Positions 1 to 11,460 of a DNA stretch of 64,000 nucleotides are shown piece after piece. The stretch's first letter is position 1, and each line of letters begins with the position of its first letter. Below the pieces are notes generated by a model. It was given only the letters and a program-made list of their open reading frames with translations, was not told the origin of the DNA and did no database searches. The position numbers and the translations under genes are program-made. The stretch is taken from NCBI RefSeq assembly GCF_009914755.1, contig NC_060930.1. The stretch is one strand, 5' to 3'. This stretch comes from the human T2T-CHM13v2.0 reference genome, Homo sapiens.

Positions 1-30
1 TACTTTTGAGATGTAAATCTTAAATGTATG

Positions 31-255
31 TTTTATTTTTATTTTTTAGAGACAAGGTCTTGCTCTGTTGCCCGGGCTGGAGTGCAGTGGCATGAACATG
101 GCTCACTGCGGCCTTGACCTCCTGGGCTCAAACAATCCTCCCACCTCAGCCTCCCAAGCAGTTGGGACTACAGACATGTGCCACCATGCCCAGCTAATTT
201 TTAAATTTTTTTGTAGAGACGAGGTCTCACCATGTTGCCCAGGTTGGTCTCGAAC
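31..255 (-). mobile_element. AluJ-type SINE, 5'-truncated
   Basis: T-rich tail then gagacaaggtcttgctctgttgcccgggctggagtgcagtgg...; J-type cctgggctcaaacaatcctccc; stops at ggtctcgaac. Confidence 0.92.
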
Positions 256-504
256 AAGTGTGTGTTTTAGGTAGCACTGAATGAGTATATTTTAAATAAG
301 TGTGATTTATTTGCTTTCACCAAAGAAACATTAAGCATGGTATTTATGTTAAAACGTTAATAATTCAAATAAAGGTAACAGTCGACGTCAGTAAAATGAA
401 CCAACCATATCCCTTCAGCGCTCCTTGGAAAACAAACACTGAACAACAACGGAAATCCCACAAGATAAATGGAAAGTTAAAGCGATTAAGTGACGTATCT
501 TAGA

Positions 505-604
505 CAAGTGGTTCTCAAACTTTGCTGAATGTTAGAGTCTCCCGGGGCATTAAGAAAATCCCCCCACGGATGCCCAAGGATGCCCATATCAATGACACCT
601 GACT
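505..604. mobile_element. MER5A-like hAT-Charlie fragment
   Basis: Starts caagtggttctcaaacttt, a MER5-type terminus; degenerate afterwards. Confidence 0.5.
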
Positions 605-774
605 GTGAAGGCCCTAATCTCCCGTGACTGCCCTGTGAGTCAGGGTATTAGAGGGAGGCTACGTGGGCAAGCGGGGGCAGCTCACACCTTCTGGAGACTT
701 GGTAGTGATGCTGGTTCTTGGCCCACTCGGTGAATCAGAAACTCACCACTGACCCAAAGGAATGAAATGGGCCC

Positions 775-900
775 AGAACCAGGAGCTGGGATGGTTGAGT
801 CCTTGCCTGTTAAAGTCTAATCTGTGTGTGATACTGGGAAAATCTGGATCTCACTGTGCTCCTCTGCCAGATGAGGGGGTTGGACTATAAGACCTCTCAG
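775..900 (+). mobile_element. MIR/MIR3 fragment
   Basis: ...ctctgccagatgagggggttggactataagacctct resembles the MIR3 core and 3' end. Confidence 0.5.
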
Positions 901-960
901 CTTGGATTTCCCCTTTAAAGTAATATTAAGTGAATGTCTTTTCATTTCAGTATTAGATTT

Positions 961-1255
961 TTGTTTGTTTGTTTGACATGGGGTCCTGCTGTGTCACCCA
1001 GGATGGAGTGCAGTGGCACGATCACGGCTCACTGCAGCCTTGACCTCCTGGGCTCAGGTGATTCTCTCACCTCAGCCTCCTGAGTAGCTGGGACTACAGG
1101 TACATGCCACCACACCCAGCTAATTTTTAATATTTTTGTAGAGACAGGGTTTTGCCATGTAGCCCAGGCTGGTTTTGAACTTCAGGACTCAAGCGATCCA
1201 CTTGCCTTGGCCTCCAAAGTGCTAGGATTACAGGCATGAGCCACCATACCCAGCC
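961..1255 (-). mobile_element. AluJ full length
   Basis: Both monomers; target-site duplication (TSD) tcagtattagattt (947-960) / tcagcattagattt (1256-1269). Confidence 0.95.
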
Positions 1256-2839
1256 TCAGCATTAGATTTTAAAGTCTTGTTATTTCAGCAGTCTTGTGAA
1301 ATGTATGGGTTGATGCTTGACAAATTGTATTAAGATAACTACTGACCCACATTCTTTTTAAAAGAGAAAGAGGTGTTTCTTTCTTCTTCAAAGATTAGCA
1401 AATTGTTGGTATCAGTCTAATAAATTATTTTCTAATTCTTAATTTTATTGTTTTTTAAATGAATGTATTCTCATGTAAGTCTTTGTTCTGCAAGAACCTG
1501 GTATGTGTTAGATGTGTAGAGTGCAGTCTGTCCTTTTTGATAAGTAGAAAATCTTAAGGTTGACATTCTTGGAATCACAAAAGGAAGCAAAGAGAGATCT
1601 AGCAATTACTCATTTTTAAGACATTGCTACTTTCTAAGTAGTTCTGAAAACAAGTATATATTGAACAACATTGGGACAGATTATATAAAGTGAAGTCCGG
1701 ATGGAAACACGTTTCAAGATTTATGTTCTGTGCATTACCTTAACTCTTTAACTCTCATGAGGTAGGCTAGATGGCTTTGTTTTTGTATTTTAAAAAGGTT
1801 TTTTTTCTAAAGGTAAAAAGTTTTTCTTTTATGTTAATAGCCAGCCAATAGTTAAATTCTTAATGGCAAAAAATTCTTTATGGCAGTTTGATTATTTTTA
1901 CATGTAATAAATTTATTAAAGCTATTTGCCCTTATTATAATTTTGAAAAGGAACTTTAAAAGTTAAATCTGTAGTTGTGAATGAAATTAAGAAAACTCTT
2001 AAGCTGAGAGGGTGCAGAGGAAGAAGATGGGTGGGAGCATGTGAGGCAAGTAGGGGATTATAAAGAAGCAGCAGCTTTATAATCTGGCTCTCCTCCGCAG
2101 AGCCAGAGAGCCTTGCTTAATCCAGGCTTCCTCAGGCCTCGAGAGCAACTCTGCAGTTGGACTCAAGTTTAGAAATGTTTGGGACGTCCTGGATTTGAGA
2201 TCTGAATGTGGGTAGTGTGCGTGTATAACACAAACATCCCTTGCCTGCTTAAATAGCCCCAATCCAAAATTTTGGTCACTAGATAAACAGCAGGAGTTAC
2301 CCAGCTTCCCAATTCTTATGGAGAAGTGTGTTTAATTTAGAAAGCAGACCATATTCCAAAGAATGAGCCAAATTCATCTCCCTTTATTGATATTGACTTG
2401 GTAAGAGCATGCTTATTTTATTTTATTTTATTTTTTTTAAATAACTACCAAGCAAACCAACCAGTAGAATTGGCTCTTCAGGGTTAGTCAAAGGCAAGGA
2501 TCCAAGTCAAGATCTATAAAACACCAAACATTCAGAAACAAAGTCAGACTAATGTTAATAGCAAAAATACGCAGGTATTAGAATTAAAATGCAAAAACCT
2601 GTCATTGCTGAGGTAATTAAGTTTTACTTAATGGTCCTGAGACATGGTATAACCAGCCTCACTTGGATAGTTGTAGTAGCTAGTCCTCAAGAGAGCTGGA
2701 GACAAACGTCTTTTGGAAGAAAGCTTCAGTCTGAGATGCACCACAGAAAAGACAGCTGTGCAGGGATGGTTTTCCAGCCTGAGCTGCCAACGATAGCGAG
2801 AGCGTACCTGAAAGCAAGAGCTCTTAAAACGCTCTAAGT

Positions 2840-3000
2840 CACCGAAGCCTGTCGGTGGGAATGGGAGGATGGGGGAGGGATAGCATTAGGAGAAATACCT
2901 AATGTAAATGATGAGTTGATGGGTGCAGCAAACCAACATGGCACATGTATACCTATGTAACAAACCTGCATGTTGTACACAGGTACCCTAGAACTTAAAG

Positions 3001-3036
<36 letters not shown>

Positions 3037-3045
3037 CAAAAAAAA
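2840..3045 (+). mobile_element. 5'-truncated L1PA 3' end (L1PA5-7-like) with (TAA)n tail
   Basis: gggggagggatagcattaggagaaatacctaatgtaaatgatgagttgatgggtgcagcaaaccaacatggcacatgtatacc...gaacttaaagtataat; TSD aaaacgctctaagt / aaaaccgctctaagt. Confidence 0.93.
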
Positions 3046-3444
3046 CCGCTCTAAGTAAGGATTAGATGTTTCTTTATAATCAGTATCATAATCATTGTTT
3101 CCAAAGAGAACTGGGAAAAGGTAAAGCCCAGAATAATTATTGGCCTATGGGATCTGTGACCTCAGATACTCTCTTAAAAGGGTCAGCCAACAAGGAGGCT
3201 TCCCTTTTTTTCAATTAGTATATTACCTTGAGATTTCCAGTAGGATCTTCAGGCATCCCAATAGTCATTTTCCAGACATCTTAAGGATTTACATCTCTGG
3301 AGGTTCTCCTCAGTGTCCTGGGCTTCATGGAGAAATAGGGCCTGCCTTCTTTTCTTCCTACTTGTGGGTCCTGTGCCATTCGTTAGGGGTCATGGAGATG
3401 ACAAGGTCTTACTCTTCAGTAATTGGCCAAAATTTGATGGTTAG

Positions 3445-3806
3445 TGTCTTAGTTTCTTTTCTGTTGCTGTAAAAAAAATCACAGACTGGGTAATTTATAA
3501 AGAAAGGAAATTTATTTCTTATAGTTCTGAAGGCTGAGAAGTTCAAAGGCATGGTGTTGGCCTCTGGTGAGGGCCTTTTGCTGCTTCACAACGTGGTGGA
3601 AGGCATCACAGGGTGAGAGGGTAGTAGCGTGCTGGCTCAGATCTCTCTTCCTCTTCTTATAAAGCCATGAGTCCCATTGTAGGGAACCTCATTCTGATGA
3701 CCTTATCTAATTAATTCCTGAAGTCCCTACCTCCAGTCAACATATGAATTTGGAGATTAAATTTTCAACACATGAAATTTAGGGGATACATTCAAATCAC
3801 TGAGCA
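3445..3806 (-). mobile_element. MaLR solo LTR (MST/MLT1A-type)
   Basis: tgtcttagtt...cagactgggtaatttataaagaaag...gcctctggtgagggcc...ttcaacacatgaaatttaggggatacattcaaa; ~360 bp with TG..CA ends. Confidence 0.85.
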
Positions 3807-4002
3807 GTTGGGGAGAGGAGGAAAGACTAGAATCCCCTTCAGCTGCCAGGAAGAGCTAATCTCTTTCTCCCCTAGTGTCTCTGGCTGAGTTCTCACCCAT
3901 TCTTCTTCCTCCTTGGCGTCAAAATAAAAGGATGGGAAGAGTGATAACTTAGTCACATCACTGGCCCTTAGTCTTCATGGCATCTGATGTATCACAGCAC
4001 AC

Positions 4003-4300
4003 TTCCAGGAATGGCGGTTAAGGGGTGCTTCACTGCACATACGCAGCAGGCCGTGAGAGTGATAAGCACACAGTGGAGAGTGAGACATGAGGCTCCAGGA
4101 GGGATTCCAGCTCTGACCAGGAAATCACCACTGCTGCTGAAAGCCACCAAGGTCTGGCAAGGAGCATCATGCAGTGTGCTTACTTCCAAATCAAACTCTG
4201 CTATGATCTAACAAAGAATTTAAGTCACGTGAATGCACGCAGGCTGCAAGAGAGGCTGCGAATTTGAGTTCGGATTTCTAAATTTCGGAGGCAGAACTTT
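4003..4300 (+). repeat. Left arm of a long inverted duplication (partner 9365-9667)
   Basis: Hand alignment to the reverse complement of 9365-9667 gives ~75% identity; core 4091-4147 matches 55/57. Confidence 0.95.
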
Positions 4301-4519
4301 GTGGTTGTTAACTCTTTGTAGGGAACACAGAATTGTTCTCGACAGTTCCAAAGTTTTTCTTGTGTAGAAATTTCCCTCTTCAGTGTCGCCTCCTGTAGTT
4401 TTCCTGTCTCAATACCTGGTAGCTTCTTCCTTCCCACCGTCTGGGCCACAACCCCTCCTCTGTTTCTCAGCCTTTAAATCTTTTTCTTGGCTTTTCTCAG
4501 CCTTTTTCATCTGTTCTGA

Positions 4520-4796
4520 CCTTTGCGTTTCCTTTTCCTCCTGCTGGGAAGTCTTGCAGGGCTTGCTATCTGAGTTCCTTGAGACATTTCTCTGACTTAA
4601 GTAAAATTGCACACTCCCACTGCCTCCTGCCCTGTTCTGTTTTCTCCAGCTCTCTTATCCCCTCCTGAACCTCACTTGTCTGATCCTCCCGTTAGAACAT
4701 ATGGCCTAGGCCGGCAGGGACTGTTTTCCACGGGTGTGGACCCATCATCTAGAGCCGTACATGGCATTTCACAAACATTTCCAAACTACTAATGAA
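4520..4796 (+). mobile_element. L2 3' end fragment
   Basis: Pyrimidine-rich; ...ggcagggactgttttcc...tctagagccgtacatggcatt...aatgaa follows the L2 tail layout. Confidence 0.55.
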
Positions 4797-5852
4797 GAAG
4801 TTGCCGAATCCTAGACTCTGGCCAGTGAAATCTGTCCAGCTTGATGCAAAAATGTCTGTGTGCTTTAGCCGTGTTATCTGCCACCCATGGTTCGCTCCGA
4901 GATTAGGCTCATTCTCCAAAGCTTTCATAGTTTTCACTAGAATCCCGGTGCCCAGGTGCTCTGAGAACAAAGCCTGCAGACAGCTATGGGGCTGTGTTTT
5001 TAATGCTGCTTTTAGATTCCTAAGGAAGTTTTGATGCCTGAGAGATTGTTCTAGCTGAGTGGTTTTCTGTCTTGCTGTCTTGCTGTGTCATGTCCGGGGT
5101 CTGTGTTTCTTCCTCTCTGATTCTAACCCCATTGAGTAAATTGGAGATGGCTGCTACTCTGCTCTAAGGCCCATTATGTCTCAGAATGATCCCTTGCACT
5201 GGGTGTAATACCTCGGTCTGGAGAAGGTTGAGTTGGATTTGGTGTACCTGTGATGGGAGCTAGGTTCTTCATCCCAACACCAGTCATTCAACAGTGCTTA
5301 CTGAAGAAAGTCCCCAAGTAGTTAGGATGCCGTACATACAAAACAGATGTTTTTCTGTTAGGGATTTGCTGCTGGAGGGAAGAGAGTTCTACCACATGTG
5401 GTGGAAGAACAGGGCCTGGAAGATGGGCTTTGAGCCTCTGTAGTGAGAGCACAGTTCACATCCATGTTTGTGCTGGGATCACGGAAAGGGCTTTTGATGG
5501 CATTTTAGTTCTCTGTCGCTGATCATTTGGACCCAGACTTGATTTTCACAGTGCTTTATGGGGGCTGCTGCCATTATGCATACACTGCATCGTAGCCCAT
5601 TTCCAAAGCAGAGGTCATGGCTACGGCTGGAATGAGAGTTGCACCTCGGAGTAGAGGAATGAAATTTAGGTTGAATTCTTAAAAATCATCCCTGTGTGCT
5701 TTATTCTAGTTGAGAATCTTTGATAGACATATAATTTTGATGATGATGATGACAGGAATCTAGTGCCTTCATGTAAACTGTCACCATCACAATTGTCTCC
5801 TCTCTGGACCCAATTTCTTATTTGTAAATATGAGAAGTTGCCTCTGGATGAC

Positions 5853-6200
5853 AGTAACAATAACAGCAATCTCTGTGCCAGGTCTTATGCTAAGTACTTT
5901 TACATGGATGTTCTCCTTTAATCCCTGCCATGTTTCTATTTATCTCCATTTTATGAATAGTAATAGTAGCTCATGTTTATTGAGGGCTTACTCTGGGTCA
6001 GGCACTTACTTGTTTTGCTTGTTTTATATGGATTAACTCACCCAGTCCTCATAACAGCCTCTGAGACAGGCATTGTTATATAGTCATCCTCATTTTACAA
6101 ATGAGGAGGCTAAGGGGAGGGGTTACTCAGGCTGTTCAAATTTACATGCCTACTAAGTGCTATAACAAGCATTTCAGTTCCTTAGCGCCTGAACTCTGGG
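5853..6200 (-). mobile_element. Two tandem MIR fragments
   Basis: tttattgagggcttactctgggtcaggcac...cctcataacagcctctgagacagg...cattttacaaatgaggaggc. Confidence 0.75.
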
Positions 6201-6407
6201 CGCACGCTAGCACTGTTTTATGATTCTGGTAAAGCTGGAATCCTTGTAACTGACACTGGAGTTCCTTTGAGTTTTTAAATAATAAGACTGATTATAATTA
6301 AAGTAGCCTCATTTTGACATTGAATATTCGTTTCACGTAAAGTCTTTTGTGACCTTTAACAATTTGAAAATTGAATGTTACCTACTACGTCTATCACACT
6401 TAGAGGA

Positions 6408-7021
6408 ATTTTTTTGAGGGGAAATTCACATAACATAAAATTAACCACTTAAAAATGTACAGTTCAATAATGTTTACTGCAGTAATAGTGTTGTACAACC
6501 ACCTCCTCTGTCTAGTTCCAACATTTTCACCACCCCCAGATGAGACCCCTGGATTCATTACGTAGTTACTCTCTGTTGTCCCTCTTCCCCCCAGGCAACT
6601 GCTAACCTGCCTTCTACCGCTGGATTTACCTGTTTTTGATGCTTCATGTAAATAGAATGATATAATATGTGACCTTTTGTGTCTGGCTTTTTTCAGTTAG
6701 CATACTGTTTTCAAGGTTCATCTCTTGTGGCACGTTCCAGCACTTCATTCCTTTCTATGGCTTAATAATCTGTTGGATATATGCATCACATTTTGTTTAT
6801 CCATTCATCCATTGATAGACATTTGGGTTGTTTCCACCTTTTAGCAATTGTAAATAGTGCTGTTATGAACATTTGTGTACAGGTATTTGTTTGAATACTT
6901 ACTTTCAATTATTTTGAGTATATACCTAGGAGTAGAATTGCTGGATCATGTGGTAATTCTATATGTTAACTTTTTAAGGAAGTGCCAAACCATTTTCCAT
7001 AGTGGCTGTACCATTTTACAC
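6408..7021 (-). mobile_element. L1MB-type 3' end
   Basis: aaattcacataacataaaattaacc...tatccattcatccattgatagacatttgggttgtttccacc...atacctaggagtagaattgctggatc. Confidence 0.9.
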
Positions 7022-7049
7022 TAGAAACAGGATTTTATCATTGGTCTGT

Positions 7050-7230
7050 TATTTACTGAGACTCTTAAGTGCCAGGGAATCTTGCCAAACCCTTTTCATA
7101 TATCATTTCCTATAATTCTCGCCAAATCCATGAGGTAAGTAATACTACTCACTTTGCCAGTGGGGAAACAGAGGTTAGGTAGCTTGCCCAAGCTGATACA
7201 AACTCTAAGTAGAGAATTCTGCCTTTCTAT
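7050..7230 (-). mobile_element. MIR
   Basis: atttactgag...ccatgaggtaagtaatactactcactttgccagtggggaaacagaggtt. Confidence 0.65.
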
Positions 7231-7264
7231 TAGATAGTAGCCTTAAAGATCCTCCAGACCAGCC

Positions 7265-7645
7265 TTGCTGTGTGTGCAACACATTCCACTGGTGTTAGGC
7301 AAGGTCATTTTGGGTGGCACATAGACACAGCATTACATAACCTGGAGTTCTAGAGTAGGGTAGTTGTTCTCTCATTGGTGTTAGTACGCGGTAGCACCCT
7401 TCCAACACTTCATAGTGCCTCCCACCCCATTTCCTTTTTCTGAAGAACAGGCCTGTGTCTATACCTTGGGCAGCATCAATATCTGGTTAGAATGTAACCA
7501 TTATTGTATTGTCTTCATGGTATTCATTTTTTCTGGTAATCTTCTGTTTATGACGAGTAGTATTATTTTATATATATGGTAGTATGCAAAGTTTTAAAAT
7601 ACAATTTTTAAATTAAAAAGTGTTTCACTGGAAAGAAAAACAGTT
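7265..7645. mobile_element. MER113-like hAT-Charlie relic
   Basis: gggtggcacatagacacagcattacataa...ttggtgttagta...tatctggttagaatgtaa...tatggtagtatgcaaag, matching my recollection of MER113. Confidence 0.6.
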
Positions 7646-9364
7646 CATGCTGTAAGTTAAGCTTACTTACTTTGAGTTTAACTCAGCACATGTATTTTCA
7701 ATGTCTACAGTTGTTCAGTCCTGTACTAGTCATGGGGAAATACCAAGACAGCCGTAACTGGGGCTTTGCTCCAGAGGACCACGGCAGGGACACTCTGCAA
7801 AGAGATATGCTGAGTAGTGCGCACAGGTAGGGATGTTTACCCTGGGGCTATGGTAACACCGAGGGGCACACCTGGGCTGGGATAAGGACAGGAATGTAGG
7901 GGGGGTGTTAGGCTGTATATGTGAATCCAGACTGATTCTAATAATAATATGTATTTACTAAATTTTAAAAATTGATATTTTGCAGTTAGATAAATGCCAT
8001 TATCTCATGTGTCCATTGCTATCCATAGCTATTGTTTTGGTCGAATAAATTGAGAGAATATTATTAAGGTCTTTGACAGTTTGCTCACTTAGTTGTCATC
8101 AGATGTTTACTGGTAGCCCTAAGTGGGTGAACTCAAAGTACATCATGGGAGCAGACACGTACCAGGTACTTGGATGCAGTGTGAGGAGTGCTGGGTCAAG
8201 ATCTATGGACTATACTCTGGGAACACCTGAAGCTGCATGGGGTGGGGAATAGGTGCCCCTAGACCTGGATCTTGCTGTAGGAGTTTGCTGGGTCTGGGGA
8301 GAGAGGCATGTGTTCTTGGGGAGTAGGTAGAGTGTGCTTTTCAAGTTCAATTAGATTGTAAAGGGGTCTTTGTGAATTTTACAGAATTTTTCACATTTTC
8401 AGTTTACACATGGTTATGAGCATAGAATCAAGCTTTCTCCCCTTCTTGCTTCCAAATTTTCCTTTCATCTTTGTTCTGCTTTGGTGCTTCGATGGATCAG
8501 TTCAGAAAGCCACAGGGCTGCCGCTTACAGGCTGGCTGGATCTTGTTTGATTTTTTGTTTTGTTTTGTTTAAGAAGAGAAACTGTTTCTTCATACTTGGA
8601 GCAAGCGCTCAGGCTTCCAGAGTGAAGAAAATTCCTAATCTGTCTGTGTATCCAGAGAGGATGGAAGTGCAGTATGTCTCTAAACATTGTTTTGATAAGT
8701 AGACTTTTTAAAATTGGTATATGATTTCTATTAACCTTACTTTCTTCTGTATCAGAGTGCATCATGCAATTATAGCACCTCTATGGCAGTTAAGTTTATA
8801 TATAAAGAATTAACATTTTGCTTTGCAGTCTACATTGCTGGTGACTTTTGCCTTTGGAAATAGGAACTTGCCAAAAATCTAAAGTAATGTTCAGGCAATA
8901 TACTCAACACTCTGAGTGTTTGTTCTGGTGTGTTTAACCTGGTGAAGGATGATAGGGAAATAAGTAAAGAAGTGAAGTTTTGAATAAAAACTGACTGCCT
9001 TGCCCTGTATTTCCTTTTCCCTCTATCATCTTTCCATATTATAACTTTTGGTTAAATCAACTTTCAGTGTTTATGTTAATGTAACTATAAAATAACTGTC
9101 TGTAGTTGAGTCATGGACTGCAAGTATATTTCCTTACTGTACAACTTTCTGTTATCCAGGAGTTGATAACTGCCCATTATTTTACGTTTTAAGAAATGTA
9201 TACATCACCAGTTTATCCTCAAGCTCTGATAGAACGGTGCACTTCCTCTCAAGATGGTGGAACCCATTAGTTACTTAGACTCTGAGTGAACAATTTTTCA
9301 TGTTCATGGATGACCATCATCTTTTGAATAGCCTTCCCGTGTCTGGGGAGATGTCCACATGTAA

Positions 9365-9667
9365 AAAGCTCTGTCTCCGTAATTTAGGATTCGGAACTCA
9401 AATTCACAGCCTCTCTTCAGCCGGGGATGCATTCAGGTGGCTTAAGTTCTTTTAATTAGACCAGCCATACTGGACTTTTATTTGGAAGTAAGCACTTTGC
9501 ATGTTGTTCTTTAAATTTTGTGTGGCTTTCAGCAGCAGTGGTGATCTCCTGGTCAGAGCTGGAATCCCTCCGGGAGCCACCTGCCGCATTCTGCATTCTG
9601 TACTTTATTACCCTCCTGGCCCGCTGCGCATTCGGAGTAAAGCATCCCTTAACTGCCATTCTTGAAA
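9365..9667 (-). repeat. Right arm of the long inverted duplication (partner 4003-4300)
   Basis: Reverse complement reads gaatggcagttaagggatgcttt...ggagggattccagctctgaccaggagatcaccactgctgctgaaagccac...gtgcttacttccaaat...aagagaggctgtgaatttgagttc. Confidence 0.95.
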
Positions 9668-11460
9668 TTACTTTGACCTCAAACCCTGTTTTCTGAATTC
9701 CATGTCTTGTCTTTATGTAATCCTCGTTTTAGTAGGGTTCATCCTGTAGTAGCTTTGTAGGAAGGGTGCAGGAGATGTGCGTGTCTCTGCTTGTCAGAAA
9801 GGTGGCCTTAATGGGTGGATTGGCTGAGTGTAGAATTCTAGATTGGATATAATTTTCCCTCAAAAACTGTTGTTCCCCCACTGTCCTCTGAGCTTCTAGC
9901 ATGTCTGTTGAGAAGTCCAGGGCCCCTTCTTTGGTATGTCACTGATTGTTTTTCTCTCTGGAGACTTTAGAAACTTGATCTCCTTGATTTCTAAAATGTG
10001 GATGAACTTTGGAGTTGGTATTTTCCATCCATTTTGCTAGACTCATTCAGTATTAAACTTGGTGCTATTTTTTTCTTCGTTAGGGGAGGGTATTATTCCT
10101 TTGATAATTACCATATCTTTATTTCATTTGTTCTTACTATCTATGAACCTTATTAGTTGGGTGTTATAAGTCCTGGATTAATTCTTTAATTTTTGAAACT
10201 TTTTTTCTATCCTCCTTTCATCTGATTGCTTTTTTTGTTGTAGTTCCTGGCAGATGTTTGTTCTGTTTTTGTAGTTTCACTTTCCATGAACTTGTTTTGT
10301 TCACCAAATTTTTCTTTTTTATACCATCTTACTCTTATTTCGTGGCTACAATGGTTTATCTTGCCGACGACAATGTTGGGATTCTTTTTGAAGGGCTCCT
10401 CTGCAGTGTTCCTGGTCCATATTTCCTTTCAGCCCTTCACCTATACGGTCTTTCTGGTTGGAGGCTATTTTTTTTGTTTGTTTGTTTGTTTGTTTTTGAG
10501 ACAGAGTCTCACTCTGTCACCCAGGCTGCAGTACAGTGGCACAATCTCCGCTCACTGCAACCTCCGCCTCCTGGGTTCAAGTGATTCTTCTGCCTCAGCC
10601 TCCTGAGTAGCTGGGACTACAGGTGTGCACCACCACACCTGGCTAATATTTTTTTTTTTTTTGTATTTTTAGTGGAGACGGGGTTTCACCATGTTGGCCA
10701 GGCTGGTCTCAAACTCCTGACCTCGTGAACCACCCGCCTCGGCCTCCCAAAGTGCTGGGATTACAGGCTGAGCCACCGCGCCTGGCCAGAGGCCTTCTTG
10801 AGGTGTCTGGTGGTCCTTCGCTTTCTGCACATCTGTAACAGCCAGTTCTGAGAACCGATCGGCACGTTGTGTGTGTGGACGGGGCTGCGGTGGTGGGGAG
10901 AGGATTGGGCCATCTTGTTGGCAGACCCTAACATGCTGCTATCTCCCCCTCCCCAGTAACTAACTCATCGTTGACTCTCAGAGGAGAAGTCAGGGTGTCT
11001 GGAGAGCTGGAGGCTGACTGGGGGACGGGCCTGTTACGTGTTTTAACTGAGTCCCCGTTTTCCATGGACTCGCCTGCTGTGGCCCCTCCAGATGGCAAGT
11101 CCTCTTGACTTCCTACAGGACAGGTGGGGATTGGGAAGGGGGATCTCTGAATTGCTCCCTACAGATTGTTTACCCAGCCCCCCGCCACCCTCTGATTCCT
11201 GTCTTTGGGGTTCTGCACTTTAATTAGCTTGCTTCTTATCCTGTCACCTAGAACAGATTAAAACTTTAATTATCACTTGTCTTTCTGCTTTTCTCCTTCC
11301 AAAATTTTTTTGACCTTTCTTATCTGTTACCATCTCACCTCATGTTTTCTTTGCCCTTGTGGTATTTGTTTTTATTTCTTTACTGTCATTTTAATGGGGT
11401 CCCATGGAAGAGTAGAGAGAAACATGAGCATTTAATCTGTCTGTTTACCAGAAACCTCTG
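9668..11460 (-). mobile_element. Ancient HAL1/L1ME-like LINE, interrupted by an Alu
   Basis: gtagctttgtaggaagggtgca...tggctgagtgtagaattctagattgg...ctgttgagaagtcc; homologous to 29520-29790 in this window; right boundary approximate. Confidence 0.65.
10468..10787 (-). mobile_element. AluS (Sg-like) full length
   Basis: Complete dimer with (TTTG)n tail; ctcctgacctcgtga. Confidence 0.95.

Noticed and set aside
2083-2107. 9-bp hairpins tctggctct/agagccaga and ggttgcatg/catgcaacc (62561-62585)
   Set aside because: Stems this short are expected by chance in 64 kb.
4409-4612. K/E-rich ORF on the - strand
   Set aside because: Antisense reading of a pyrimidine-rich, partly L2-derived stretch.
3987-9659. 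Two ORFs sharing MAVKGCFT (3987-4211 + and 9456-9659 -) as paralogous micro-genes
   Set aside because: They are by-products of the inverted duplication. An indel puts the best-conserved core in different frames (APGGIPALTRK vs GSRRDSSSDQE), so the conservation is not at protein level.
4003-9667. Arms as terminal inverted repeats of a 5.6-kb DNA transposon
   Set aside because: No TSD or transposase remnant is visible, the outer ends are not the best-matched part, and the right arm merges into a LINE.
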